Assembly (NCBI GenBank): GCA_965261545.1
Contig: CBDHDF010000011.1
Location: forward strand, 96,001 to 160,000
Length of the DNA stretch: 64,000 nucleotides
Direction of reading: 5' to 3'
From: Bdellovibrionales bacterium
GTDB lineage: Bacteria; Bdellovibrionota; Bdellovibrionia; Bdellovibrionales; UBA1609
The position numbers and the translations under genes were made by a program. Below are positions 11,096 to 21,770 of this stretch, in pieces (within the stretch, counting starts at the first letter, position 1; each line of letters opens with the position of its first letter). Under the pieces are notes generated by a model. The model was not told the DNA's origin. It worked only from the letters and a program-made list of their open reading frames with translations, and made no database searches.

Positions 11096-11537
11096 GATAT
11101 CAACTCCTTTGTAAGACTATATGTAGGTGTAAGAATTATGATTACGCTAAGAACCTGGCGAGGCTCTGTATAAAAAATGAGCCATAAGCAATTAAAATGC
11201 TAGTGTCATCAAAAGGGAAAGTCAATATCAAGGTCGAATGCTCCAGAGAGTCGCCATGGAGATAGCTTCATGCGTCAAAATCTGTGTATGCCTCTGGTAG
11301 CTAAGCCATAGGTCGTTAAGTCGTAAAATCGTAAAATAAAAAAAATTATTGCTCTCTTCTTGAGAGCCTTCATAGTATAATAGTAAAAAGTTGAAGCGGA
11401 CCGTCTTTGAACCCCTCCTATGTATAGCGATAACCTCCTATGTGCAAGTTGTAGTATATACAATACATATATAAAACTTACTACATACGAAAACACAACC
11501 TCTTATAAGGTTAAATAAAGCTAAAGGGCGAGATACC

Positions 11538-12194
11538 GTGAAAAGAATCTTCATAAAATCCGTTGTTAGAGTCATTGCCCCCATAGGGCTTGCTACAAAC
11601 TTAGCCATACTTCCATGGGTGTTTGCCACCAATTATAGCTTATTGGAAATGCAAAATATTGGCAGCGTAACACTCTTTGTCCAAAAAAAGGTGAATGAGG
11701 CAAAAAAAGTGTCCATAGGAACTCGCGATGGTTCTCAAGAAGCAAAGGATAGGGAGGCCGTTCTCATCCTTCAAAATGCTCTTCTCATTGTTCTCGCTCG
11801 ACCTAATAAAGACAATATGATCTCAAAAGTTATCACTCCCCTGCGCTGGGAACTCAATGGCTACGGAGCCTATATAAAGTCCATGAGTGAGATTGTAGAT
11901 ATTTCCGTGAGAAGACTCAAAGATAGGTCAAAAAAACTTCCCATTCGTGCCACTTATCTTTTTGTGCTTGAAAATATAATGGAAGAGTTGCTTCCCGAAA
12001 TCACTAAAAGCAAAAAGATTAAAGCTCTTTACAAGAAAATATACAAAAAAGGTATTAAAGTTCCAAAAGATGTTGTGGTGAACCGACAACGAAATATGTT
12101 TCCCTCCCCGTCTCCCTCGGAAACAGCCCTTTCTATTTTAAAAAACCGCTTCCCCAAAGAATACCCCCCTAAGTCTTGGTGGAAGTTTTGGTAA
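11538..12194 (+). CDS. Hypothetical secreted protein
   Basis: 218-aa ORF with N-terminal signal-like segment; no family recognised. Confidence 0.6.
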   Translation: MKRIFIKSVVRVIAPIGLATNLAILPWVFATNYSLLEMQNIGSVTLFVQKKVNEAKKVSIGTRDGSQEAKDREAVLILQNALLIVLARPNKDNMISKVITPLRWELNGYGAYIKSMSEIVDISVRRLKDRSKKLPIRATYLFVLENIMEELLPEITKSKKIKALYKKIYKKGIKVPKDVVVNRQRNMFPSPSPSETALSILKNRFPKEYPPKSWWKFW

Positions 12195-13008
12195 AACAGT
12201 CCACGGGCGAAAGCCCAAGTTCCTTAGCCATTTCTCCCTGGCAGTTGGAGTGAATGCAACCATTGGTGGCAAGAATAGATTTCATCTGAGGACGAAAGGG
12301 CTTCCCGCCATAGTTGGTCACCTGACCTCCTGCTTCCAAGACGAATAAACTACCTGCGGCCGTATCCCAAGGGCTTAAGTTTGCTTCCCAAAAGGCATCA
12401 AAGATACCCTCAGCCACCATGCACAGGTCGTAGGCCGCCGAACCTGTGCGGCGAACACCTCGACATCCCCTCACAAGGCTGTTAAAAATTCTCAATGACT
12501 CATCAAGAGCCGCCTTGTTTTCTGAGAAAAAACCCGTGGAGAGAAGAGAGTCACTCAATTGCTTGCGGCCACTGACAAAAATTCTCTCCCCATTGCAAAA
12601 AACTCCCTGCCCCCTTATGGCCGAGTACCTCTTGTTCAAAATAGGCACATCAATCACTCCCACCTGAACCTCCCCTTGCGTCTCAAAACCAATACTCGTA
12701 CAAAATAAAGGAAAGTTGTGAACATAGTTGGTCGTACCATCTAGGGGGTCTATGATCCAACGATTCGCCATGGGATCTCCCTGGCCTTCGGATGGTTTTT
12801 TAAAACTTTCTTCCTCGGCCAAAATGAAATGGTCGGGGAAGTGAGTACGAATTTTTTCACAAATAACGCGTTCACTTTCTAAGTCAGCCTCTGACACCAA
12901 ACCAGCATTTTTCTTATAATTCACCTGAGTTAAGTCCCCGAAATACCTCATTAAGACCCTGTGACTTTCATCGGCACAACTTTGGGCTAGCTGTAAAATA
13001 TCTTCCAA
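12169..13008 (-). CDS. suhB: Inositol monophosphatase family protein
   Basis: WIIDPLDGTTNYVH, RRTGSAAYDL and WDTAAG motifs. Confidence 0.9.
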   Translation of the reverse strand: MEDILQLAQSCADESHRVLMRYFGDLTQVNYKKNAGLVSEADLESERVICEKIRTHFPDHFILAEEESFKKPSEGQGDPMANRWIIDPLDGTTNYVHNFPLFCTSIGFETQGEVQVGVIDVPILNKRYSAIRGQGVFCNGERIFVSGRKQLSDSLLSTGFFSENKAALDESLRIFNSLVRGCRGVRRTGSAAYDLCMVAEGIFDAFWEANLSPWDTAAGSLFVLEAGGQVTNYGGKPFRPQMKSILATNGCIHSNCQGEMAKELGLSPVDCFTKTSTKT

Positions 13009-13286
13009 ATGATCTCCCCATTATATTTTTTAATCATCTTCCTAATCCATTCCAACTCACAAAACCAAAACATACCTAACTAAACTACAAGCCTTACCCT
13101 CACCTTTGTCAAGTCCTACAGCTATGGAGTTATTTGACCTCTGCAATGTTTTCATCTAGGATAAAGGGTGATGGTTTTCATGCATGAATGAATGAATGAA
13201 TTACAAATATATAAATTAAATAAATGTGTAAATTAAATGTATAACTCATAAGTAAGTGAATAAAGTCATGATTCAAGGGAGAAAAT

Positions 13287-14234
13287 ATGGCCAATCCATC
13301 CAGTGGAAATCTGATAGATACTAGCGTAAAACTTATACTTATTTTATTAATCTCTTTGGTATCTTTTGCCGTAGGTACTTTTGTGGGCAAGAGTGTCAGT
13401 GAGTCTGAATATAGAAGAGCCCTCCTAGAAATGAACGAGTACAGACGATTTCAAGGTGAAGTGGTCGACAATGATACTTTTTCTACACCAGAGGGACTTT
13501 CCGAAGAAGAAATTAATCATTTAACTAAAGAATTTCTCAAAGCAGAAAAGGGAGGACTCAAAACCAAAAAATTGAATGCGAAAGCTGAGCTATCCAATAA
13601 AGCGAAAGCAACAAAAAAGAAGGCACAAGGTGAAGGTCGCAAAAGCCGAGGGTTGGCTTCTCGCTATGAACAAAAAAAACATGAACAAAAGAAAAAATCG
13701 GTGGCTAAAAATAAAAAATCCCCCACCACAGGAATAAAAAAAAGCAAGAAGAGTCAAAAGACTATGAGTGCCAAAGTGGTAACTTCAAAGAAAACAAAGG
13801 CTTTGCCGATCTCACCTAAAAGTGGAGTCCAAACCAAAATGCGCCCCCCCAGCACAAGACAGAACAAGGCAAAAGACCTGGTCAATAAAAATAAAAAGAA
13901 AACCCATCGCTCAACAAACACACAAAAAGCCCATGCTTCAAAGGCACAAATGCAAACAATCCCAGCTTCTTTGGCCTCAAATAAAAAGCCTTCTGAATAC
14001 ACTATTCAAGTTGCCTCGTACAACTTGGAAAAGCATGCCAAAGAACACTCCGACCGGCTAAAGGCCAAAGGGTATTCCGCTTTTTATGAACCTGCTCAAG
14101 TGAAGAATCGCATGTGGTATCGAGTTCAGGTCGGTCGCTTTAAGAGTCTCTCCAGTGCCAAGGAGTATGAAAAGACGTTGAAGTCCGGTCGTGATATCAG
14201 TTCAACCCTCGTTCGCACTCTTTCAAAAAAATAG
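13287..14234 (+). CDS. SPOR domain membrane protein
   Basis: N-terminal TM, Lys-rich linker, C-terminal YTIQVASY...WYRVQVGRF. Confidence 0.85.
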   Translation: MANPSSGNLIDTSVKLILILLISLVSFAVGTFVGKSVSESEYRRALLEMNEYRRFQGEVVDNDTFSTPEGLSEEEINHLTKEFLKAEKGGLKTKKLNAKAELSNKAKATKKKAQGEGRKSRGLASRYEQKKHEQKKKSVAKNKKSPTTGIKKSKKSQKTMSAKVVTSKKTKALPISPKSGVQTKMRPPSTRQNKAKDLVNKNKKKTHRSTNTQKAHASKAQMQTIPASLASNKKPSEYTIQVASYNLEKHAKEHSDRLKAKGYSAFYEPAQVKNRMWYRVQVGRFKSLSSAKEYEKTLKSGRDISSTLVRTLSKK

Positions 14235-14237
14235 CTT

Positions 14238-14804
14238 ATGCTACAAATTATAGTTGGCACGAATCGACCTCAATCACTTTCCATGGAAGTGGCCCAAATT
14301 GTGCGGCCACTCTATGAAAAATCATTTGACGATGTTCATATTATGGACCTACGCGAAGTTCCTATGAATGAAACCAACGGTGAGCAGTACTCCAGCCAAC
14401 AACCCCAGAAGCTTCAAAAATATATCCATATGATTAATGAGGCCGAGGGGCTTCTCATCATCTGCCCCGAGTACAATGGGTCCATGCCCGGAATATTAAA
14501 GTACTTTATCGACCATTGGCAGTACCCCGAAAGCTTTCTTTTCCGTCCTGTCGCCTTTATAGGTCTAGGGGGGGCCTTTGGAGGCTTAAGACCCACAGAG
14601 CATCTTCAACAAATTTTTGGCTATAGAAATGCTTTTATTTATCCTGAGAGAGTTTTTCTATTCAATGTCTGGGAGCATGTCAAAAATGGCAAAATCAATC
14701 AGGAAACTTATATGAAACTGATTGAGCAGCAAGCCCATGGTTTTTTCAATTATATCTGTGCTTTAAAAAAACATCACCTTAGTGCCGGCACACGGCGAAC
14801 TTAA
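14238..14804 (+). CDS. NAD(P)H-dependent FMN reductase
   Basis: GTNRPQSLS and PEYNGSMPGILKYFID motifs. Confidence 0.9.
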   Translation: MLQIIVGTNRPQSLSMEVAQIVRPLYEKSFDDVHIMDLREVPMNETNGEQYSSQQPQKLQKYIHMINEAEGLLIICPEYNGSMPGILKYFIDHWQYPESFLFRPVAFIGLGGAFGGLRPTEHLQQIFGYRNAFIYPERVFLFNVWEHVKNGKINQETYMKLIEQQAHGFFNYICALKKHHLSAGTRRT

Positions 14805-14998
14805 AACACTCGATCCAAGACATTGAAAGAATGTGGTCTATAGAAGAGAATTGAGTTGCTGGACTCATATACTCATGTGTTTTGAGCTATAATTATTAAG
14901 ATAACGACATCGGAAATGAAAGGGTTTGCGGTATACCTTACCTAGCGCTTTCATTCATGCCTTATGTCTTCAAACGAGCCTTCCTTAAGGAGGAAATC

Positions 14999-15661
14999 AT
15001 GCAAACTAACTGGAAAATTATTGACGATGTTGTGATTATTGATCTTAAAGGTCAGCTAAGCTACGAGTCTGTCAGTGTTTTGCGTACAAATTGCCTTTCT
15101 CAATTAAAGTGCGAAAAAATCATTTTTAATCTTAAAAGCCTCAGCTTTGTTGGGTCCTGTGGTATTAAATCTCTCATAGAAGCCATTTCAGAGCTATCTG
15201 AAAGTGAATCTTCATACATTAAGCTATGCGGCGTTGGCACAGAATTCACAAAAATCTTTCAAACAAGCCCACTGCAAGACTTAGAAATCTACGAAGATGA
15301 TAGAAGAGCCTGGCAGTCTTTTCAAGACCCTTGGGAAAAGCCACTGCATTCAAGCATGACTCCCCTTGCTGCACCTTTAAGTAAACAAAGTGAACAAAGT
15401 GGACAGCTAAAGTCAAGTGAACAGCCACAAGGGGCTGTAGCACATAAGGATCCTTGCTCCCCCGAACCTTCTTCGCCCCCACCCTCTCATTTGTCCCATA
15501 CCAACCAAAATCAACCCATGCCTAGGAGTATCCAGAATTGTCAAAATGCTAAAGTTTTTTCCTTAGATATATTGGAACAAGAAGGAGTGGCTGAGTTGGA
15601 GCAAGAAGAAGTGCGCCAAGTTGACCTCAATGAGGCCACCTCTGTTAAGAAGGTGATGTGA
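14999..15661 (+). CDS. STAS domain (anti-sigma factor antagonist) protein with low-complexity tail
   Basis: RBS AAGGAGG before ATG 14999; IIDLKGQL...LSFVGSCGI STAS pattern. Confidence 0.8.
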   Translation: MQTNWKIIDDVVIIDLKGQLSYESVSVLRTNCLSQLKCEKIIFNLKSLSFVGSCGIKSLIEAISELSESESSYIKLCGVGTEFTKIFQTSPLQDLEIYEDDRRAWQSFQDPWEKPLHSSMTPLAAPLSKQSEQSGQLKSSEQPQGAVAHKDPCSPEPSSPPPSHLSHTNQNQPMPRSIQNCQNAKVFSLDILEQEGVAELEQEEVRQVDLNEATSVKKVM

Positions 15662-15836
15662 AGAAACTTCCCCTTTATACGACTATACTACTTTGTGTCA
15701 AAAATGATCCTCTGCTTATCACTTGATTTTGTTGCACAATTCGTCATATACAGTATCCCTAGTAGGGATTCGTATACAGTCTTCATCTACAGTATTATCT
15801 ACATGTTTATCTTCAACTCTTAGGAGGCAGATTATT

Positions 15837-16226
15837 ATGATATGGAATGAAGTGCGAGTTCTTGTGGCGTCATTTGCCACAGTGTCATGGGCCATGACTT
15901 CATGGACTGTGGCTGTGGCCCAGGGAGTTGAGGGAGGAGGAGCTTCACAGCAACCCTCTGCTTTAGAGCAATTCATGCCCTTTATTCTCATCTTTATTGT
16001 ATTCTTTTTCTTTATTATTCGTCCTCAGCAAAAAAGGGCGAAGGCTCATAAAGATTTTCTTTTGCAAATGAAGCGTGGGGACTCTGTATTAACTTCCAGT
16101 GGAATATTTGGAACCATAGCAGGATTGACAGAGAAATTTGTCACTTTAGAGGTAGCTGATGGAGTGCAATTGAGAATTCTCAAAGCTCAAATCGCATCTC
16201 CTGGCTCTGTTAAGGAGGAGAAGTAA
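15837..16226 (+). CDS. yajC: Preprotein translocase subunit YajC
   Basis: FFFIIRPQQKR and GDSVLTSSGIFG motifs; RBS AGGAGG; upstream of secD. Confidence 0.93.
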   Translation: MIWNEVRVLVASFATVSWAMTSWTVAVAQGVEGGGASQQPSALEQFMPFILIFIVFFFFIIRPQQKRAKAHKDFLLQMKRGDSVLTSSGIFGTIAGLTEKFVTLEVADGVQLRILKAQIASPGSVKEEK

Positions 16227-16227
16227 A

Positions 16228-17955
16228 GTGGTGAGAAATTTAAAACTGCGATGGATCACAGTGCTTGTGGTCTTCTTAAGTGCTGTGGCTTGGGTTTTAC
16301 CTAATTTTATTGATCGTGACCTAGAGGATGACCCAAGTTGGTGGGGGCCGGCCAAAAAAATTGTCAAGGGTTTGGATATTCAAGGAGGGCTGCACCTTGT
16401 TATGGGAGTCAATGTCGAGGAGGTTCTTGTAGAAAAGACATCTCGTCTCGCAGCCTCTTTAAAGGCTGATTTGGAAGAAAGGGCCCTGGAAGTGGGGGAG
16501 ATTGCTGTCGCCCCTGACAACAAAACGGAACTTGTCATCCAAGTAAAAGAGGGCCAAAAAGATCTTTCTTCTGTGGAATCCTACCTTGCTGATAGCTCCT
16601 ATGCAGGGACTCTTCAGGTGATTTCCAACAAGGGCGAATCTCTTCGCCTGCGATATTACGATGCTAGGGCCATGGAGTATAAGCGTCAAGTGGTGGAGCA
16701 AGCTATTGAGGTCATTCGCACACGAATTGATAGTATGGGTGTGGCTGAGCCCAATATTTCAGCACAGGGTGATGATCGGATCCTTGTTCAACTGCCAGGG
16801 ATTAAAAACGCTCGTCAAGCCAAAGAGCTTATCAATCGTACAGCTCGACTCAATTTTCGCGTGGTTCACAAAGAATCGGTTCCCATCAATGAGTGGATTG
16901 ACGAAGCCGAGGAAAAGGGCGGCTATGAGTTGGGCAAGGGTGAATTGACGAAGTACTCTGACTACTTAAAAAGATTAAATGAAGATTTAAAATCAAAGCT
17001 TCCTGAAAACACCAAAGTTGTCTTTGAAAGGCTTGAGGGAGCTAAGGATTTACGGGCGGGTAAAAAAGCTTATCTCATCGAAACTGACAAGAGCCTTTCG
17101 GGGGATCTTTTAGATGATGCCAATGTGACTCCCGACCAATTTGGAGCCCCCAAAGTTATTTTTAGTCTCAGTGTGGAGGGGCGCCGTCGCTTTGCTGAAT
17201 TGACAGAGAAGGCCAAAGGGGGTTTGCTCGCCATTGTTCTCGATGATGTGGTAAAGTCGGCTCCCTCAGTGAGAATGAAAATAGATAGCCCTTCTGCGGA
17301 AATAACACTGGGAAACACTCGCAATTACCAGGAAGGCTTGGATGAGGCTCATTTTATTGCCACAGCCCTGAGGGCGGGGGCCCTTCCCGCAGCCCTTGAG
17401 CAGTTGGAGGAGAGAACTGTAGGTCCGACACTGGGTTATGACTCCATTGAGCGCGGTAAAAAGGCTGGTATCGTAGGAGCTGTCTTCGTTCTCATTTTTA
17501 TGCTGGTTTATTATAGGTTCTTAGGTCTTGTGGCCAATTTGGCCCTCACTTTTAATGTGCTACTTGTGCTGGCGATTTTGTCTTCCCTTGGAGCGACTCT
17601 CACCTTGCCTGGTGTTGCGGGAATTGTACTCACTGTGGGTATGGCTGTGGATGCAAATGTTATTATTTTCGAGCGCATCAAAGAGGAGTTGAAGAAAGGG
17701 TCTGGGCTGGCTTCATCTGTTCAAAATGGCTTTGGACATGCGCTTTCAGCTATTGTGGATGCAAACATCACAACGGCTGTTGTTTGTATTGTTCTGATGT
17801 ACTTTGGAACGGGCCCTGTGCGTGGCTTTGCTGTGACCTTGATATGTGGACTTGTGACATCCATGTTTACAGCCATATTTGTCTCACGAACCATTATTGA
17901 AATATCTATTCAGCGCTTTGGTTTAAAGAAATTAATTGATGTTAAGGGAGTATGA
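16228..17955 (+). CDS. secD: Protein translocase subunit SecD
   Basis: GLDIQGG, VGPTLG and GMAVDANVIIFERIKEE motifs. Confidence 0.96.
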   Translation: MVRNLKLRWITVLVVFLSAVAWVLPNFIDRDLEDDPSWWGPAKKIVKGLDIQGGLHLVMGVNVEEVLVEKTSRLAASLKADLEERALEVGEIAVAPDNKTELVIQVKEGQKDLSSVESYLADSSYAGTLQVISNKGESLRLRYYDARAMEYKRQVVEQAIEVIRTRIDSMGVAEPNISAQGDDRILVQLPGIKNARQAKELINRTARLNFRVVHKESVPINEWIDEAEEKGGYELGKGELTKYSDYLKRLNEDLKSKLPENTKVVFERLEGAKDLRAGKKAYLIETDKSLSGDLLDDANVTPDQFGAPKVIFSLSVEGRRRFAELTEKAKGGLLAIVLDDVVKSAPSVRMKIDSPSAEITLGNTRNYQEGLDEAHFIATALRAGALPAALEQLEERTVGPTLGYDSIERGKKAGIVGAVFVLIFMLVYYRFLGLVANLALTFNVLLVLAILSSLGATLTLPGVAGIVLTVGMAVDANVIIFERIKEELKKGSGLASSVQNGFGHALSAIVDANITTAVVCIVLMYFGTGPVRGFAVTLICGLVTSMFTAIFVSRTIIEISIQRFGLKKLIDVKGV

Positions 17956-18950
17956 TGATGAAAAAACAAGAGGGAAAACGGCCTGGTGACCACCGGGGCC
18001 ATCGCCGTCAACTGAATCAGGGTCGTTTTGATTTTTTAGGAGCCTCCAGAATTTGGGGTCTTGTCTCTACCGTGGTTGTTTTAGCTTCATTACTGGTCAT
18101 GGCCGCCAAAGGCTTTGTCTACGGTATTGACTTTGCCGGTGGAACTGAGATTCAGGTGCAATTTAACAGTGAAGTCAAAGCGAGTAGGGTGAGAACTTTC
18201 ATCGAGGAAATGGGCTATCAGGGAGCCTTGGTTCAATCCATAGGCACAGACAACGAATTTCTCATTCGTCTGGAGTCTGATCGAGGGGAGAGTGAGAAAG
18301 AGACCAACCAACTTCTCAATAAAATGATTCAAAAGGTGACGGAGGGGCTTTCGGGTGCTTTTGAAAGCGAACAGCCCACGGTTCGTCGGGTGAGTTCCGT
18401 GGGGCCACAGATTGGATCAGAGCTTAAGAAGAATGGTTTATTGGCGGCCTTTTACAGCCTGCTTATGATCCTCATTTATGTGGGACTTCGTTTTGATTAT
18501 CAATATGCTCCTGGAGCTGTGCTATGCCTTTTTCACGATGCCATTGTGACATTGGGGATTTTTTCTTTGTTTGGCCGTGAAGTGAATGTCCAAACCATGG
18601 CGGCGATTCTTACTATCATTGGCTACTCCCTCAACGATACCATTGTGACCTTTGACCGCATTCGAGAAAACTCTCCCCTTTATCGAGACCAAAGCTTTCG
18701 CTTTATTATCAATAGGTCCCTTAACGATGTGCTATCGAGAACCTTGTTGACTTCGATTACAACCATGTTAGCTGTGGCAGCCATGTACTTTATTGCAGGT
18801 GGTGTCATTCAAGACTTTGCTTTTACCTTGGGCATTGGGGTTGTCGTAGGGACATATTCTTCCATTTTTGTTGCATCTCCTCTTGTATTATTTGTGGATC
18901 GTTTGCAATCAAAAACTACAGCGGCTGCAACGGCAACAACGCCCACCTAA
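17952..18950 (+). CDS. secF: Protein translocase subunit SecF
   Basis: GIDFAGG and GYSLNDTIVTFDRIRE motifs. Confidence 0.96.
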   Translation: MMMKKQEGKRPGDHRGHRRQLNQGRFDFLGASRIWGLVSTVVVLASLLVMAAKGFVYGIDFAGGTEIQVQFNSEVKASRVRTFIEEMGYQGALVQSIGTDNEFLIRLESDRGESEKETNQLLNKMIQKVTEGLSGAFESEQPTVRRVSSVGPQIGSELKKNGLLAAFYSLLMILIYVGLRFDYQYAPGAVLCLFHDAIVTLGIFSLFGREVNVQTMAAILTIIGYSLNDTIVTFDRIRENSPLYRDQSFRFIINRSLNDVLSRTLLTSITTMLAVAAMYFIAGGVIQDFAFTLGIGVVVGTYSSIFVASPLVLFVDRLQSKTTAAATATTPT

Positions 18951-18972
18951 ATAAGGGGAGAGGATATTTATT

Positions 18973-20739
18973 GTGCAACAGTGGTTACTTAGGGATGGTG
19001 GGTCCTGTGAGTCCCGTCGAGAGCCCCCCCGGCCTATGCCTTCTATTATTTGGCAAATTCTTCGAGGACGCGGAGTTCAAACTCAAAAAGATGTTGAAGC
19101 TCTTTTTTCTCCCAAAATGACAAGTCTTGCCGACCCTTTTTCCCTCGATCAAATGGACATTGCTATAGAACGGCTGGTGAAAGCTCGAAATCAAGGGGAG
19201 GTTGTTGGCATTTACGGTGACTTTGATCTGGACGGAACACCGGCTGTGGCTTTGCTTAAAAGGGGATTGGAGCTTCTGGGTTTTTCATTTATTCCCTGTT
19301 ACCAGCCCCGTCGACTGAGGGAGGGATACGGCTTTCATCCACTTGGTGTCGATGTCCTCCACTCTCAAGGGGCTTCGCTGATTGTGACTGTGGATGTAGG
19401 AACCACAGATGTGAAAACGGTGGATTACGCCAAACAAAAGGCTGTGGATGTCATTGTGACTGACCATCATCTTCCCAAGGAAAAGCTCCCCGAGGCCCTA
19501 GCCATTATTAACCCTAATAAGGGCACTTGCCCCTCAGGGTTGACTTACTTTTGTGGCACAGGTGTGGCTTTTTATATGGTCTTGGCTTTAAGAAAGCGCC
19601 TTAGAGAACTAGATATTCTCAGCAATGACTTTAACCCCAAGGAGTTACTGGACTGCTTTGCCATTGGAACACTCACAGATATGGTTCCCTTAATCAAGGA
19701 AAATCGTGTTCTCGTTAAGCACGGACTTATTCAATTACAGAAGACCCAGCGTCCTGGCCTTCATGCTCTTCTTCAAAAGTTGGGTTTAAATGGAAGACCC
19801 ATTTCAAGCCAGAGTGTCTCCATGCGCTTTGCCCCCAAACTCAATGCCCTTAGCCGTATGGATACAGACACTTTACCCTTGGATATATTTTTAGAGACCA
19901 ATCCCTTAAAGGCTCAGAACCTTACCTCACAGATGCTCAAGGTCAATGAGGAAAGGGCTCGTAGACAAAAACTTGCTGAGCGAGTGGCTGAAGCTCAAAT
20001 GAAAGAGCGGAAACAAAATGGCTACTTATGGGTTTGGTCTGAGGATTTTCACATGGGTGTGGTGGGTTTAGTGGCGAACCAACTGGCTCATCGCTATGGC
20101 GTTCCCACCTTTGTGGGCGCTGTTCGTGAGAGTGGGCAAGTGGTGGGTAGCAGCCGTCGCCCCAAGGGGCACTCCGTAAATCTTTTAGATGCTTTGGGCG
20201 CGGCCCATGGGGTGTTGGATCGCTTTGGGGGGCATGCTCCGGCTGCGGGTTTTGAGCTGAATTTAGAGCATGTTGAATCTTTCAACCAAAAAATTGGTGA
20301 ATTTTATGCCTCCCATGGGGAGAAGGCAGGGGTGCTTGAAAAAACGATTTACTTTGATGCCAGAGGCTCCTTGTCAGAGATCAATTCTCATTTTATGGGT
20401 TGGTATGAGGGGCTTGAACCCTTTGGGATGGATTTTGAAGTTCCTATCATTAAATTTGAAAATACTGTCGTTGACCAGCAAAGTATTTTGAAGGGAGAGC
20501 ATTTAAAATTGCATATTCGAGAGGGACAAGCCACCACTATGGAAGCCATTTGGTTTTTTCCACCTAAAGATAAACTCAATGAAGATTTTGGAGGAAGGTC
20601 TGTAGAGTTTCTCGCCACTCCCCAGTGGAATCATTTTATGGGTCGCAAACGCTTACAGCTTGTGGTAGAGGAGCTTAGGCTATCGTCAAATGGCACAAAT
20701 AAAACTAATTTATCAGTTGATTCTTCGGCATACGTGTAA
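18973..20739 (+). CDS. recJ: ssDNA-specific exonuclease RecJ
   Basis: YGDFDLDG, TDHH and FGGHAPAAG motifs; follows secDF. Confidence 0.94.
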   Translation: MQQWLLRDGGSCESRREPPRPMPSIIWQILRGRGVQTQKDVEALFSPKMTSLADPFSLDQMDIAIERLVKARNQGEVVGIYGDFDLDGTPAVALLKRGLELLGFSFIPCYQPRRLREGYGFHPLGVDVLHSQGASLIVTVDVGTTDVKTVDYAKQKAVDVIVTDHHLPKEKLPEALAIINPNKGTCPSGLTYFCGTGVAFYMVLALRKRLRELDILSNDFNPKELLDCFAIGTLTDMVPLIKENRVLVKHGLIQLQKTQRPGLHALLQKLGLNGRPISSQSVSMRFAPKLNALSRMDTDTLPLDIFLETNPLKAQNLTSQMLKVNEERARRQKLAERVAEAQMKERKQNGYLWVWSEDFHMGVVGLVANQLAHRYGVPTFVGAVRESGQVVGSSRRPKGHSVNLLDALGAAHGVLDRFGGHAPAAGFELNLEHVESFNQKIGEFYASHGEKAGVLEKTIYFDARGSLSEINSHFMGWYEGLEPFGMDFEVPIIKFENTVVDQQSILKGEHLKLHIREGQATTMEAIWFFPPKDKLNEDFGGRSVEFLATPQWNHFMGRKRLQLVVEELRLSSNGTNKTNLSVDSSAYV

Positions 20740-21481
20740 ACTGCCACACTGTGGCTGGGGGCAAATTGAACGTAGCAAAGGCCACCCGTTGACCTCTTAA
20801 GTTCATATTCTTGTAGGGCACAGGAGATGACAGGCCATAGGAGTATTGTATTAAGAAGCCCCGCTCTGATAGCACGCAAAATATAGCTTTCAATATCTCA
20901 TGGCGTTCTTGACGCGGCAAGCTCTTCAAGGGCAGCGAGGAAACCACCGTGGAAATTTTTCCTAGGGACTGGGTCGGTAGAATTTCTTTGAGGCATTTGG
21001 CATCCGAATGCAGCACTGTCGCCTTTGGGAAATGCTCTTTCAGCCAAGTATATAGCTGTTCATCCCTTTCTACCAATACAAGGCTTTCTTCAGAGATGCC
21101 AGACTCCAACAGGGCTCGGGTCACAGAACCCGTGCCAGGGCCAAGTTCCACAATAAGTTCATTTTGATTGTCGTCTTGTTGAGTTTGAGTTGCAGAAATG
21201 CCTAGAGTACTTCCTCTTGTTTGTGCGTCTTGTTCAATCGTCTTCGTTTGTATATCTTGTTTAATCTGTGCGTCTTGTTTAATTCTCTGTATGTCTTCTT
21301 GCATGGATTCTTGTGCGGCCTTCGCCTGTGCAGTCTGTGCGGCCTGCGCCATGGAGTGGGTGAGGGCGGGAGAGCTGGGTGCAATGGCACCCACTCTTAA
21401 AGGGCTTGCTAACCAACGCCGAAGAAAGAACAGCCACTCCATGCCCCAGCGAGGTATAAAACCACGGCCTCCTAACCCCAT
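20705..21481 (-). CDS. PmtA-like phospholipid N-methyltransferase with Gln-rich insertion
   Basis: WLASPLRVGAIAPSS, VELGPGTG, VVSSLP and NLPPATVW motifs. Confidence 0.8.
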   Translation of the reverse strand: MGLGGRGFIPRWGMEWLFFLRRWLASPLRVGAIAPSSPALTHSMAQAAQTAQAKAAQESMQEDIQRIKQDAQIKQDIQTKTIEQDAQTRGSTLGISATQTQQDDNQNELIVELGPGTGSVTRALLESGISEESLVLVERDEQLYTWLKEHFPKATVLHSDAKCLKEILPTQSLGKISTVVSSLPLKSLPRQERHEILKAIFCVLSERGFLIQYSYGLSSPVPYKNMNLRGQRVAFATFNLPPATVWQFTRMPKNQLIN

Positions 21482-21770
21482 AATAATGATTTCGTTACAG
21501 ATGGTCTCGGGGGGGGAGGAGGAAGGGGGAGAAAACCCTTTGAGATTCGCTTTTCCAAAGACCTAGGGAAAAGCTCTTCTTGACTCTTCTTGGACTCATG
21601 AACAATCATGCCTCATGCTATGTCAAAATAGCTATTTCGTCCACTATCATTTTGAGCAGATTTTTAATACTCAAAGTGTCCCCATTCAGTTCTCATGTAT
21701 GCTGTGCCAACTGGATATTCTGGAGTTTGGGGACAACGGCTACTAATGACTCAGTGAAGGAGTTTCAAGA

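Noticed and set aside
14905..14960. Hairpin upstream of the STAS gene as a riboswitch
   Set aside because: No recognisable aptamer consensus.
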